Assembly (NCBI GenBank): GCA_963700635.1
Contig: CAVOYH010000003.1
Span: 1,696,001 to 1,760,000, forward strand
From: an uncultured Bacteroidota bacterium
Lineage (GTDB): Bacteria; Bacteroidota; Ignavibacteria; UBA10030; UBA6906
Reading direction: 5' to 3'
Length of the DNA: 64,000 nt
In this document: piece by piece, positions 1 through 9,717 of the stretch
How positions within the stretch are numbered: position 1 is the stretch's first letter
How the letters are laid out: the number at the start of each line of letters is the position of its first letter
Notes under the pieces: generated by a model
What the model was told of the DNA's origin: nothing
Databases searched by the model: none
Seen by the model: the letters and a program-made list of their open reading frames with translations, nothing else
Made by a program: the position numbers and the translations under genes

Positions 1-128
1 ATGTCTTTGTGGCTCAGTGAAAGTAGAATGCGTCATTATGGCCGGCATTTACTGCCACGATGTCCTGTAGCCTGAAGACGAAAGACGATGGCGATCATAA
101 GATATTCATTAATAATGACTTAAGGATT

Positions 129-144
129 TGGCATAGGACTTGAC
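129..144 (+). promoter_or_regulatory. sigma54-like promoter (-24/-12) of hsp20-hsp20-lon
   Basis: TGGCAT-AGGAC-TTGAC has canonical -24/-12 spacing with GA instead of GC at -12. Paired sites CGTCA-TTA-TGGCC (31-43) and TGCCA-CGA-TGTCC (53-65) lie upstream. Confidence 0.55.
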
Positions 145-197
145 ACTTGTAATAACAGACAACAAGAAAAGCCAGTATCAACACAAGGAGGCAAATC

Positions 198-644
198 ATG
201 GTAATGCGAATCGAGCGTTTTCCGATAGTCAATCCCGCGTGGAGGGGAATTTCAAACCTCGGGAGCGACATCGATGCGTTGTTTGAAACGTTTCTTCGTC
301 CCGGAGCCACGCCGCGAGTTCGTCAGGCACCTGCTCTGGAGCTGACGGAGATGGAGAATGAGAGCCTGCTTCTCGCGGAGTTGCCGGGTGTGGGCAAAGA
401 GGACATCAAGATTACGATCGAGGACGGTCTGCTTTCGATCAGCGGCGAACGGAAGGCTCCGGCGGTTCCGGAGAATGGCCGGTGGTTGCGCAACGAAAGT
501 GCGATCGGCTCATTCGTTCGTACAATCGAGCTTCCCCATGCGGTGGATGATTCGCAGATCGGTGCAGAACTCAAGAATGGACTGCTGCGCGTCGTGCTTC
601 CGAAAGCCGCTGAAGCACGTCCGCGAGAGATCACGATTCGATGA
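198..644 (+). CDS. Hsp20/alpha-crystallin small heat-shock protein
   Basis: AELPGV..EDIKI, LSISGERK, GSFVRTIELP, A.LKNGLLRVVLPK, C-terminal ITI motif; RBS AAGGAGG. Confidence 0.95.
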   Translation: MVMRIERFPIVNPAWRGISNLGSDIDALFETFLRPGATPRVRQAPALELTEMENESLLLAELPGVGKEDIKITIEDGLLSISGERKAPAVPENGRWLRNESAIGSFVRTIELPHAVDDSQIGAELKNGLLRVVLPKAAEARPREITIR

Positions 645-661
645 AACGAGGAGACTCAACA

Positions 662-1051
662 ATGACAAACGAGAATCAAGCTGTGAGAAACGATGAGCAG
701 GCGGTCCGGACCGTGGACGTCCAGGGGCGTCTGCGGATGCCCGCCGCGGACATCTACGAGACGCCGGATGCCTACGTGGTAATGCTCGACCTCCCGGGGG
801 CCGCGAAGGATGCGATCCGACTCCGGCTGGCCAAAGGGGAGTTGCATGTGCAGGCATCGCTCGAGGATCGGGGTGTTCAAGAGGGGACGCCGATTTTCCA
901 GGAAATGGCACCGGCGACATTTTCCCGGTCCTTCACCATTGGTGAAGGGATTGACACCGAGAATATCGATGCCCGGTTCGAACAGGGCGTCCTGACCGTG
1001 AAACTGTACAAGAGTGCGGCTCTGAAGCCGCGTGATATACAGGTGAAGTGA
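662..1051 (+). CDS. Hsp20 small heat-shock protein (second copy)
   Basis: PAADIYET, DLPG, FSRSFTI, IDARFEQGVLTV, IQV; ATG 662 follows GAGGAG. Confidence 0.93.
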   Translation: MTNENQAVRNDEQAVRTVDVQGRLRMPAADIYETPDAYVVMLDLPGAAKDAIRLRLAKGELHVQASLEDRGVQEGTPIFQEMAPATFSRSFTIGEGIDTENIDARFEQGVLTVKLYKSAALKPRDIQVK

Positions 1052-1070
1052 TTTCTGCGTGCAACGCAAG

Positions 1071-1120
1071 GCGGGAGGCCGGTCGGTGGGTGTGGCCGGC
1101 GACTCCCGCTTTCATTTTTT
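1071..1120 (+). terminator. intrinsic terminator/attenuating hairpin between hsp20 and lon
   Basis: GCGGGAG-GCCGG...CCGGC-GA-CTCCCGC followed by TTTCATTTTTT. Confidence 0.7.
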
Positions 1121-1166
1121 GTGTGTGTGATCATTTGCTCCAGCACCGTGAACGAAGGATGAAGAG

Positions 1167-3575
1167 ATGAACAACGAGAAGCGTCAGGCGGATGCCGCCA
1201 GCGCCGTGCCCCATGTCATGCCGGTCCTTGCGCTGAGGAACGCCGTGTTTTTCCCCCAGCAGATCTCGCCCCTGGCCATCGGCCGGGGAAGCAGCATCGT
1301 GGCAGTCGAAGAAGCACTGCAGGGCGACAACCATGTGGTGATCGTTGCGCAGAAGAACAGCGCTGTGGAACAGCCCGGCGAAGCCGACCTGTATCTGGTC
1401 GGGACGCTTGCGAAGATCGTGAAGGTCTTTGCGCTTGCCGATGGGACGAAGAATGTGCTGGCACAGGGGATCCGGCGCGTCCGGCTTCTCTCGGTGCTGC
1501 AGACCATGCCGTCCATCAGGGCAGTCGTGCAGGATCTGCCCGATACGCCTGCGAAAGGGGAACAGGTCGACGCCGTCACGTCGAAACTGAAAAGCCTGTT
1601 CCAGCGGGCAGCGGAACTGTCCCCGCATCTGACCGAGGAACATGTCTCGATTGTGTTGAACCTGGTGCAGCCTGGAGCCGTGGCAGACGTGATCTCGTCC
1701 CTCCTGCCGGTTCCCGTGGAAGAGAAACAGCCCCTTCTGGAGGCCCCGGGCGTCGAAGAGCGGCTCCGCCTCGCCCTTCTCACCCTCTCAAAACTCGTCC
1801 AGCAGCTCGAGCTCGGAAACAAGATCCAGTCGGAGGTGCAGGAAGGCATTAGCCAGTCGCAACGGGAGTATTACCTTCGCGAGCAGCTTCGCGCGATCCG
1901 CAAGGAACTCGGCGAGGATGACGCGAATGTCGAAATGGCGGAACTGCGCAAGCGTATAGAGGAGGCCGGCCTTCCCGAAGAGGCCCGCAAGGTTGCGGAC
2001 CGTGAGTTCAGACGCCTGTCGCAAATGAACCAGGCTTCCGCCGAATACACCGTCTCCAGGACGTATCTGGAGTGGATCCTGGACCTGCCGTGGAACACCT
2101 CCACGACGGACACGCTGGATATCGCCCGTGCACGTGAAATCCTCGAGAATGACCACTATGGCCTGGGCAAGGTTAAGAATCGTATCCTTGAATATCTGGC
2201 GGTCCGGAAATTGAAGAACGACATGCGCGGTCCGATTCTGGTGTTCGTCGGCCCCCCCGGTGTAGGGAAGACATCGTTGGGCCGGTCGATTGCCAACGCA
2301 CTCGGGAGGAAGTTCGTGCGGATTTCTCTCGGCGGCGTTCACGATGAAGCAGAGATCCGGGGTCATCGCCGGACATATATCGGCGCGCTGCCGGGGCGGA
2401 TCATCCAGGGTCTTCGGAAAGCGGGTTCCAATAATCCGGTGTTCATGCTCGATGAGATCGACAAGATCGGGCAGGATTTCCGGGGTGATCCCGCATCGGC
2501 ACTCCTGGAGGTGCTGGATGCAGAGCAAAACTTTGCCTTCAGTGATCATTATCTCGAGGTTCCCTTTGACCTCTCCAAGGTGATGTTCATTGCCACTGCC
2601 AACCTCATCGAGCCGGTGCCGCCTCCGTTGCGCGACAGAATGGAGATCCTGGAGATCCCGAGCTACGTGGAAGATGAGAAGCTCCACATTGCCCGCACGT
2701 TTCTTCTTCCCAAGCAACGTGCGGAGCACGGGCTCACGGAGAACCACTTCACAATCGACGATGAGGCCGTGCGTGCGGTCATAAACGGGTATACGCGGGA
2801 GGCCGGTGTCCGTGGCCTTGAGCGTCAGATTGCCTCTCTCGTGCGGAGTGCTGCGCGGGAAGTTGCAGAGGGGATATCCGCCAGCGTGCACGTACGCAGC
2901 GACGACCTGTCACGCTACCTCGGGCAGCGAAAGTTCTACCACGACACGGCGGAACGGATCAATCGTCCCGGCATCGCGGTCGGCCTTGCATGGACTCCAG
3001 TCGGGGGCGACATCCTCTTTGTGGAGGCAACCAAGGCAAAGGGACGGGGCGGACTCCTTCTGACGGGTCAGCTGGGCGACGTGATGAAGGAATCGGCGCA
3101 GGCCGCGCTCAGTTTCATTGCGACACATGCGCAGGAACTCGGCGTGCCGGCGGACTTCCGTTCAAAGCTGGACCTCCACGTGCACGTCCCGGCAGGTGCG
3201 GTTCCCAAAGACGGGCCGTCGGCCGGAGTGACAATGCTGACGGCGCTTACGTCGGCTCTGACCGGCCGGCATGTACGTCACGACCTGGCAATGACGGGCG
3301 AGATCACCCTGCGTGGTTCCGTCCTCCCTGTCGGAGGCATCAAGGAGAAGGTCCTGGCTGCGCTGCGGGCAGGCATTACGACCATCATTCTTCCGGAGCG
3401 GAACCGGAACGATCTGGCGGACATCCCGGAAGCTTCGATGGGTGGCGACAGAGAGGTACAGTTCCTTTTTGTCAAAGAGATGTCTGAGGTTCTTGCGCTG
3501 TCACTTCTCTCGCGGGAGGAGTCGGAACAGGCGGCGCTCCAGGAGCTCGGCGTCAGCAGCGTTGCAATGAACTGA
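1167..3575 (+). CDS. lon: ATP-dependent Lon protease
   Basis: LON N-domain, Walker [19 protein letters not shown], catalytic PKDGPSAG and GGIKEK. Confidence 0.98.
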   Translation: MNNEKRQADAASAVPHVMPVLALRNAVFFPQQISPLAIGRGSSIVAVEEALQGDNHVVIVAQKNSAVEQPGEADLYLVGTLAKIVKVFALADGTKNVLAQGIRRVRLLSVLQTMPSIRAVVQDLPDTPAKGEQVDAVTSKLKSLFQRAAELSPHLTEEHVSIVLNLVQPGAVADVISSLLPVPVEEKQPLLEAPGVEERLRLALLTLSKLVQQLELGNKIQSEVQEGISQSQREYYLREQLRAIRKELGEDDANVEMAELRKRIEEAGLPEEARKVADREFRRLSQMNQASAEYTVSRTYLEWILDLPWNTSTTDTLDIARAREILENDHYGLGKVKNRILEYLAVRKLKNDMRGPILVFVGPPGVGKTSLGRSIANALGRKFVRISLGGVHDEAEIRGHRRTYIGALPGRIIQGLRKAGSNNPVFMLDEIDKIGQDFRGDPASALLEVLDAEQNFAFSDHYLEVPFDLSKVMFIATANLIEPVPPPLRDRMEILEIPSYVEDEKLHIARTFLLPKQRAEHGLTENHFTIDDEAVRAVINGYTREAGVRGLERQIASLVRSAAREVAEGISASVHVRSDDLSRYLGQRKFYHDTAERINRPGIAVGLAWTPVGGDILFVEATKAKGRGGLLLTGQLGDVMKESAQAALSFIATHAQELGVPADFRSKLDLHVHVPAGAVPKDGPSAGVTMLTALTSALTGRHVRHDLAMTGEITLRGSVLPVGGIKEKVLAALRAGITTIILPERNRNDLADIPEASMGGDREVQFLFVKEMSEVLALSLLSREESEQAALQELGVSSVAMN

Positions 3576-3614
3576 CCGGTGCGCGGTTTCACGCTGTTTG
3601 GATGCCCGGAATGG

Positions 3615-3643
3615 TTGACATTTGCCGTGGGATTTCGTAATAT
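3615..3643 (+). promoter_or_regulatory. sigma70-type promoter of sppA operon
   Basis: TTGACA-N17-TAATAT followed by an AT-rich stretch. Confidence 0.65.
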
Positions 3644-3684
3644 TATATTGATATTAAACAACTTACGGCTTCTCCGGACCCCCT

Positions 3685-4593
3685 ATGTCCAACTCCACCA
3701 AATGGTTTCTTGGCATTCTGGGCATTCTCGCGGCGATTGCTCTGCTTGTCACGCTCGCCGTCATTTCCTTTGTCGGCGGTTCCCGCGAACAGACGGAAAC
3801 GATGCGAGGTGGGTCGGGCGACAAGATCGCGGTTGTCGAGCTGACCGGAGTCATCATCTCGTCCGAAGATTTTGTCCGCCAGGTAAAGCGCTACCGGGAG
3901 AACCCCTCCATACGGGCAATTCTTCTTCGTATTGACTCTCCGGGCGGGGCGGTTGTGCCGAGCCAGGAGATGTATGAGGAAGTGCGAAAGACCCGTGAGA
4001 GCGGCAAGCTCGTTGTTGTGTCCATGGGATCCGTTGCGGCCAGCGGGGGGTACTACGTTTCCTGTGGAGCGTCAAGACTTGTGGCAAACCGCGGCACACT
4101 CACCGGCAGCATCGGCGTCATCGCAGAATTCCTCCAGTACAATGAGCTCCTCGACAAGGTCGGAATCGATGTGAACACCATCAAGACCGGGAAGCGGAAA
4201 GACACCGGATCGCCATCGCGGGCCATGACCGACGACGATCGTCGGTATCTGCAGGGACTGATGGACGATGTGTACCGCCAGTTCCTGCGCGTCGTGGAGC
4301 ACGAGCGCAAACTGTCCGGGGCGGACGTTGCGGCGCTGGCCGACGGCCGGGTGTTCACCGGCGAGCAGGCGGTTCCGCTCGGGCTTGTGGATACACTTGG
4401 CACGTACGAAGACGCGATCATGATTACTGCTCAGCTCGCCGGAATCGACGGCGAACCGACGCTCGTCCGGGAACGCAAGCGGCGGTCATGGTGGGATTCC
4501 CTGACAGGTGATGTCGTGGAAGAACTGCGATCCCTCAAGAACGATCTGCTGGCATTGCCGGTGATGTCCTATCGGTTTACAGGGGCACACTGA
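3685..4593 (+). CDS. sppA: signal peptide peptidase SppA (36K type, S49)
   Basis: N-terminal TM, RIDSPGG, AASGGYY, GSIGV, GRVFTG.QA. Confidence 0.96.
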   Translation: MSNSTKWFLGILGILAAIALLVTLAVISFVGGSREQTETMRGGSGDKIAVVELTGVIISSEDFVRQVKRYRENPSIRAILLRIDSPGGAVVPSQEMYEEVRKTRESGKLVVVSMGSVAASGGYYVSCGASRLVANRGTLTGSIGVIAEFLQYNELLDKVGIDVNTIKTGKRKDTGSPSRAMTDDDRRYLQGLMDDVYRQFLRVVEHERKLSGADVAALADGRVFTGEQAVPLGLVDTLGTYEDAIMITAQLAGIDGEPTLVRERKRRSWWDSLTGDVVEELRSLKNDLLALPVMSYRFTGAH

Positions 4594-4631
4594 ACGGACC
4601 ACGAACACTCATTACTTCAGGAGGATCGACG

Positions 4632-4928
4632 GTGACAAAAGCGGATATTGTGGACACGATTGCCACTGCGACCGGGCTGACAAAGGTGGAGACAGAGGCG
4701 GTCGTGGATGGCTTTATCTCCACGGTCATCAATGCGCTCAAGGAAGGGAAGAACATCGAGATCCGCGGTTTCGGCAGTTATAAGGTGAAGAAGCGGAAAG
4801 GGCGTGTCGCGCGGAACCCCCGCACCGGAGAACAGGTGATGGTCGATGAACACTGGGTTCCCCTGTTCAAGGTCTCCAAAGAGGTGAAGGTGCTCGTGAA
4901 CGAGAACATGAAAAAGATCATTGAATAG
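4632..4928 (+). CDS. HU/IHF family DNA-binding protein
   Basis: MTKADIV, IEIRGFGSY, ARNPRTGE. Confidence 0.96.
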   Translation: MTKADIVDTIATATGLTKVETEAVVDGFISTVINALKEGKNIEIRGFGSYKVKKRKGRVARNPRTGEQVMVDEHWVPLFKVSKEVKVLVNENMKKIIE

Positions 4929-4940
4929 CGGAAGGCATGT

Positions 4941-5807
4941 GTGATGGCGGTTGTCAAAGAGGTGTGCGGGAAGTGCGGGGCGGTGGTGACGCGGGGCGAA
5001 GTGCGGTGCACGACGTGCGGAGAGGATCTGATATGGGGTGACGGGGGGGGCAAGTGCGACGCATGCGGGTTCCGGAATCCCGCCGGGAGTGCGACATGTT
5101 CTTCCTGCGGGGCACGGCTCGGGGGAGAACGGAGTGGAGGGCGGAAGCCTGCGGCCAAGCGGGGTGCTGGCAAAAGGGTCGACTCAGAACGGACAGCGCC
5201 GGCCGGCGGGAGAAGGGGTCTTGAAGCATGGCAGGTTGTTTCCTTCGTGGCTGTAGGGGCTCTTCTGGCGATTCTTCTGTATTTTGAGCTTTCACGCGAT
5301 CACGGGGCCGCGGCGGTTCCGCAGGCGGCAGTACCGGTGATGCCGGTGCCGGAGCTTCAGTCGCAACCGACGGCTGACCTTGCGTCTCTGGAGGCGGCTG
5401 TTGCCGCACAGCCCGGCGATCATGAAGCGATGCTCAGGCTGGCCAACGGGCTGCATGACAACAGATCATTCGCCCGGGCGATCGAGATCTACAAGAAATA
5501 TCTCGTTGTCCACCCCCAGAATCCCGATGCGCGTGTGGACATGGGTGTCTGTTACTATGAGCTCGGTCTTGCGGACTCTCTGAATTCCGGCAAATACCTT
5601 GATCTTGCCGCCGCAGAGATGGAGAAAGCGTTGCGGGGGAATCCCACACACCAGCAGGCTGCGTTCAATCTTGGCGTGGTCACCCTGCAGCGCGGCCGTC
5701 TCGAAGAATCGAATCGGTGGTTCCGGCGGGCGATTGAGATCAATGCGACCTCTGACCTGGGCGTGCGCGCGCAACGGATGGTGGAACAACATACGACGAA
5801 CCCATAA
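4941..5807 (+). CDS. double zinc-ribbon, single-TM, TPR protein
   Basis: four CXXC motifs at the N-terminus, a hydrophobic helix, then TPR-like repeats (ARVDMGVCY, AAFNLGVV). Confidence 0.8.
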   Translation: MMAVVKEVCGKCGAVVTRGEVRCTTCGEDLIWGDGGGKCDACGFRNPAGSATCSSCGARLGGERSGGRKPAAKRGAGKRVDSERTAPAGGRRGLEAWQVVSFVAVGALLAILLYFELSRDHGAAAVPQAAVPVMPVPELQSQPTADLASLEAAVAAQPGDHEAMLRLANGLHDNRSFARAIEIYKKYLVVHPQNPDARVDMGVCYYELGLADSLNSGKYLDLAAAEMEKALRGNPTHQQAAFNLGVVTLQRGRLEESNRWFRRAIEINATSDLGVRAQRMVEQHTTNP

Positions 5808-5822
5808 CAGAAAGGAGGGGAC

Positions 5823-5918
5823 ATGCCCTGCGGTAAGAAGCGCAAGCGTCACAAGATGGCGACGCACAAGCGCAAGAAACGCCTGAGAAAGATGCGTCAC
5901 AAGAAGAAGATCCGCTAA
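5823..5918 (+). CDS. small basic ribosomal protein bS22 (AURKAIP1/COX24/mS38-like)
   Basis: not in the ORF track; translates MPCGKKRKRHKMATHKRKKRLRKMRHKKKIR*, with strong RBS AAAGGAGGG. Confidence 0.88.
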   Translation: MPCGKKRKRHKMATHKRKKRLRKMRHKKKIR

Positions 5919-5932
5919 GAGCGGCCGGTGAC

Positions 5933-5959
5933 CACATCCCGCACCGCGTGCGGGATGTG
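5933..5959 (+). terminator. hairpin after bS22
   Basis: CACATCCCGCAC-CGC-GTGCGGGATGTG, a perfect 12-bp stem with a weak U tract. Confidence 0.55.
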
Positions 5960-5981
5960 CGTTCTGGTGCCTGGATCAGCG

Positions 5982-6010
5982 TTGCATTTCTTGGCAGTTC
6001 TTTTTATACT
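5982..6010 (+). promoter_or_regulatory. sigma70-type promoter
   Basis: TTGCAT-N17-TATACT. Confidence 0.6.
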
Positions 6011-6056
6011 ACTCATTCATTACCTTGTTGATTGTTCATAGAGAGTGAGGCATACC

Positions 6057-6452
6057 ATGACGAAAAACGAAGGCACGACGAAAGGTTTTGTGATTGGCCT
6101 TCTCGCTGGAGGAGCGATCGGCGCCATTGTTGCTCTTCTCTACGCTCCCAAAACCGGACGTGAGCTGAGGGCAGATCTGAAGGAACGCGCAGACGATTTT
6201 CGTGATGATGCCGAGGAGTATCTCCATGCCGCGCGGACGAAAGCAGGCGACCTTGTCAGTGAAGCCAAGAAAAGGTCCGAAACCCTGATAACGGATGCGA
6301 AGCGCAAGGCGGATACGCTGCTGGTGGATGCAGAGAAGGTCCTGACCGGCGCCCGGCAGAAAGTCACGACTGTGACAGAAGAAGGCGCACGAGTGAAAGG
6401 TGCGGTCAAGGCGGGGGTAGATGCCTTCAAGGAAGAGCGTCGGCGCTCATAA
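6057..6452 (+). CDS. YtxH-domain protein
   Basis: GLLAGGAIGAIVALLYAPKTGRELR followed by a charged helical region. Confidence 0.9.
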   Translation: MTKNEGTTKGFVIGLLAGGAIGAIVALLYAPKTGRELRADLKERADDFRDDAEEYLHAARTKAGDLVSEAKKRSETLITDAKRKADTLLVDAEKVLTGARQKVTTVTEEGARVKGAVKAGVDAFKEERRRS

Positions 6453-6482
6453 GCGACTGGTCATTGTCAAGAGGAGGCGTTT

Positions 6483-6869
6483 GTGGAACTCGTTCTCATT
6501 ATTGCCCAGATCGTCGCACTCCTGTGCCTGTCCGCGTTGTGTGTCTACATGATTGTCGTGCTGCTTCGCGTCAGGGACATCATGACCAGCGTGGAGAGTG
6601 ACGTCAGAGAAATGACGTCGCGGGCCGTTCCCGTGCTCGAAAATATGGAGTATATTACATCCCGCGTGAAGAACATCACGGACAGCATTGACGACCAGGT
6701 CGCCGATGTGCGGGAATCGATTGAGTCGGTCAGGCTTGTGGCTGACAACGTCGTCGAGCTCGAACGCAAGATTCAGGACAGGATCGAGGGTCCTATACTC
6801 GAGACCGTCGGCTTTGTGGCTGCGGTGTTCAAGGGTGTCCGTACGTTCGTCGATCGCGTCCGCGCCTGA
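6483..6869 (+). CDS. DUF948/YoxC-like membrane protein
   Basis: N-terminal TM plus coiled coil; usual ytxH partner. Confidence 0.75.
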   Translation: MELVLIIAQIVALLCLSALCVYMIVVLLRVRDIMTSVESDVREMTSRAVPVLENMEYITSRVKNITDSIDDQVADVRESIESVRLVADNVVELERKIQDRIEGPILETVGFVAAVFKGVRTFVDRVRA

Positions 6870-7069
6870 CGGCGTGGGTGGGATCGCTCATCGTGTCGCC
6901 CGCTCATACGGGGACCCGACCGTCCCGGTCCGGGCGGTCGGGGCCGCGATTTCCCCGCTAGCCGCCCCGCGGTTCCTTTCGTGAAATTACTGTTCTGTAC
7001 CAACCACCGCCGTTGCAGCCCGCTGTGCTGCCACCACAGGCGTACAAGACTGGAGGATCAACAGCCCCC

Positions 7070-9163
7070 ATGAAGGATTTCGCACCTGATCACATCCGCA
7101 ACGTCAGTTTCATTGGCCACGGCGGTGCCGGGAAGACGATGGCTGCAGAAGCGCTCCTGTTTTCCTCGGGCGCCACGACGCGACTCGGGCGCGTTGAAGA
7201 GGGGAACACCATCTCCGATTATCGCGCCGATGAAATCGAGCGGCAGATTTCCGTCAGCAGCTCCCTCCTCCATTGTGAATGGAAATCGCACAAGATCACC
7301 CTGCTCGATACCCCGGGGTATACGGACTTCACCGGAGACGTGAAAGCGGCACTGCGCGTTACGGACTCTGCGGTCCTTCTCCTCAAAGCAGTCGAGGGTG
7401 TTGAAGTCGGCACCGAAATCGTGTGGCGGCATACCGAAGAGTATCAGAACGCCGTCTTTCTCCTTCTGAACAAGCTCGACCAGGAAAACTCGGATTTCGA
7501 CCGTGTGGTAGCCCAGGCGCGGGAACTTCTGAGCCACGACATCGTGCCGCTGCAGTTTCCCCTGAAGCAGGGTCTCGGATTCGAAAGCGTCGTCGATGTC
7601 GTCCGCATGAAGCTGTTGAAGTTCCAACCAGGCGGCAACGGGAAATACAGCGAGGAAGAGATCCCGGCCGAGGCGCAGGCCAAGGCTCAGGAGTATCGTC
7701 AGCAGTTCATGGAACTCATTGCGGAAACCGAAGAAGCGCTGCTCAATACCTATCTCGAGAAAGGCACCCTTGCGCCGGAAGAGATCAAACAGGGTCTGAA
7801 AGCCGGCATCAGGCAGCGCAAACTCTTTCCCCTGCTGTGCAGTGCCGCCACGCAGAACATCGGCCTTTCCAGCCTCCTCGATGCGCTTGTGGAGTATGCT
7901 CCTGCACCCGTCGAGCGTGGGGCGATCAGCGGGACATCCGGTGGTAAGGACATACCAATTCCCCAGGATCCCGCCGGGCAGCCGGCTCTCTTTGTCTTCA
8001 AGACCGTGTCCGAATCCCATGTGGGAGAACTTTCATTCTTCCGGGTGCTCAACGGAACGGTGGCACCAGGTCTCGATATGGTCAACAACAGCAACGGGAA
8101 GCCGGAACGACTGGCACAGCTGTTCGTGATGGAAGGCAAGGAACGGAAAGAGATCGGACGGCTGTCGGCAGGGGATATCGGCGCGGTGGTGAAGCTGAAG
8201 GATACCCATACGAACGATACGCTGAGCACCAAGGCATTCCCGGTGGTGTATCCGCCGATCGCGTTCCCTGATTCGGTCTTCCAGATGGCCGTCGTTCCGC
8301 ATTCCAAAGGGGACGAGGACAAAATTTCTTCGGGACTGCATTCCCTCCACCAGGAGGATCCGACCTTCCGCTTCCGCGTCGATTCCGAATTACACCAGAC
8401 CATCGTCAGCGGTCAGGGCGAGGTGCACCTCGACATGATGGTCAAACGCCTGAAGCAACGCTATAATGTCGAAGTGGATCTCGTCGAACCGCGGGTCCCG
8501 TACCGGGAGACGATCAAAGCGGTGGTGAAAGACTCGGAATACAAGCACAAGAAACAGACGGGCGGGCACGGCCAGTACGGGCATGTGCACCTCCGGCTGG
8601 AACCGTTGAAACGCGGTCAGGGGTTTGAATTCCTGGATGAAATCGTCGGGGGAGTCGTCCCCGGCAAGTTCATCCCCGCGGTCGAGAAAGGGGTCGTCGA
8701 GTCGATGAAGGATGGCGTTCTCGCCGGCTATCCTGTGGTTGACGTCCGCGTTGCGCTCCATTACGGATCTTACCACGACGTCGACTCTTCGGAAATGGCG
8801 TTCAAGATCGCCGGCACGATGGCATTCCGCAGGGGGTTCCTGGAGGCAAAGCCGATTTTGCTCGAACCGATTTACAATATCGAGGTCCGTGTACCGGATG
8901 ATGCCATGGGAGACGTCATGGGCGATATCTCTTCCCGCAGAGGAAAGATTGCCGGGATGGATACGGACGGACGGTATCAGATCATCCGGGCGACGGTGCC
9001 TGCGGCGGAATTACACAAATATGCGACCGTGCTCCGGTCCATGACCGGCGGGCGCGGTGTCTTTTCCTCGACCATGTCGCATTACGAAGAAGTGCCGCGT
9101 GAACATGCCGAGAAGATTGTGGCGGCCGCCGAGAAGAACAAGAACCACGAACAGGAAGCCTGA
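7070..9163 (+). CDS. elongation factor G-like GTPase (EF-G2 type paralogue)
   Basis: GHGGAGKT, DTPGYTDF, NKLD, KKQTGGHGQYG, DVDSSEMAF; switch I reads ERQISV rather than RGITI; not in the str operon. Confidence 0.93.
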   Translation: MKDFAPDHIRNVSFIGHGGAGKTMAAEALLFSSGATTRLGRVEEGNTISDYRADEIERQISVSSSLLHCEWKSHKITLLDTPGYTDFTGDVKAALRVTDSAVLLLKAVEGVEVGTEIVWRHTEEYQNAVFLLLNKLDQENSDFDRVVAQARELLSHDIVPLQFPLKQGLGFESVVDVVRMKLLKFQPGGNGKYSEEEIPAEAQAKAQEYRQQFMELIAETEEALLNTYLEKGTLAPEEIKQGLKAGIRQRKLFPLLCSAATQNIGLSSLLDALVEYAPAPVERGAISGTSGGKDIPIPQDPAGQPALFVFKTVSESHVGELSFFRVLNGTVAPGLDMVNNSNGKPERLAQLFVMEGKERKEIGRLSAGDIGAVVKLKDTHTNDTLSTKAFPVVYPPIAFPDSVFQMAVVPHSKGDEDKISSGLHSLHQEDPTFRFRVDSELHQTIVSGQGEVHLDMMVKRLKQRYNVEVDLVEPRVPYRETIKAVVKDSEYKHKKQTGGHGQYGHVHLRLEPLKRGQGFEFLDEIVGGVVPGKFIPAVEKGVVESMKDGVLAGYPVVDVRVALHYGSYHDVDSSEMAFKIAGTMAFRRGFLEAKPILLEPIYNIEVRVPDDAMGDVMGDISSRRGKIAGMDTDGRYQIIRATVPAAELHKYATVLRSMTGGRGVFSSTMSHYEEVPREHAEKIVAAAEKNKNHEQEA

Positions 9164-9174
9164 GAGGCAGCGCG

Positions 9175-9681
9175 ATGCAGCGCATGTGGTCGCCCTGGCG
9201 ATCGAAGTATATTGCGACGTTCAAAAAGCCTCCCGTGAAGAAGCGGGGAGGCGCCAGCCTCTTTGCAACTGCACTCCGTTCCCGGAGCGATGGCCGGAAC
9301 CTCATCGTCTGGAGGGGCCCGCTCTGTTTCGTCATCATGAACAGGTATCCGTATAACAGCGGTCATGTGATGGTTGTCCCGAACCGTCAGACTGCGGATA
9401 TTCAGGACCTGACACCAGACGAACTCACCGAAATCATGCAAACCGTCCAGCGCTCGATCCGGGCGCTGGATGCCGTCATGCACCCGCAGGGGTATAACTT
9501 CGGCACAAACCTCGGACGCGTGAGCGGGGCAGGGGTGGACGATCATGTGCATTTTCACATTGTCCCCCGCTGGACCGGGGACACGAACTTCATGCCGGTT
9601 CTCTCCGATACGAAGGTGATTTCGGAGGACATGAAGCAGACCCTCAAAAAGCTCCGAAAACACTTCAAAAACGGGGCATAG
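9175..9681 (+). CDS. HIT-family hydrolase (Ap4A phosphorylase-like)
   Basis: MWSPWR, NRYPYNSGH, HVHFHIVPRW.GD.NF. Confidence 0.92.
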   Translation: MQRMWSPWRSKYIATFKKPPVKKRGGASLFATALRSRSDGRNLIVWRGPLCFVIMNRYPYNSGHVMVVPNRQTADIQDLTPDELTEIMQTVQRSIRALDAVMHPQGYNFGTNLGRVSGAGVDDHVHFHIVPRWTGDTNFMPVLSDTKVISEDMKQTLKKLRKHFKNGA

Positions 9682-9684
9682 AGA

Positions 9685-9713
9685 TTAAACGCCGCGTCTC
9701 CCCCCGTGTCTAA
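9685..9713 (+). promoter_or_regulatory. putative ECF sigma autoregulatory promoter
   Basis: TTAAAC-N16-TGTCTAA ending 4 nt before ATG 9718. Confidence 0.6.
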
Positions 9714-9717
9714 TCTC

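Noticed and set aside
6870-7010. GC-rich hairpin CCCGACCGTCC...GGGCGGTCGGG upstream of the EF-G paralogue as a riboswitch
   Set aside because: It is a single stem with no recognisable aptamer; more simply a terminator or stabiliser of the upstream operon.
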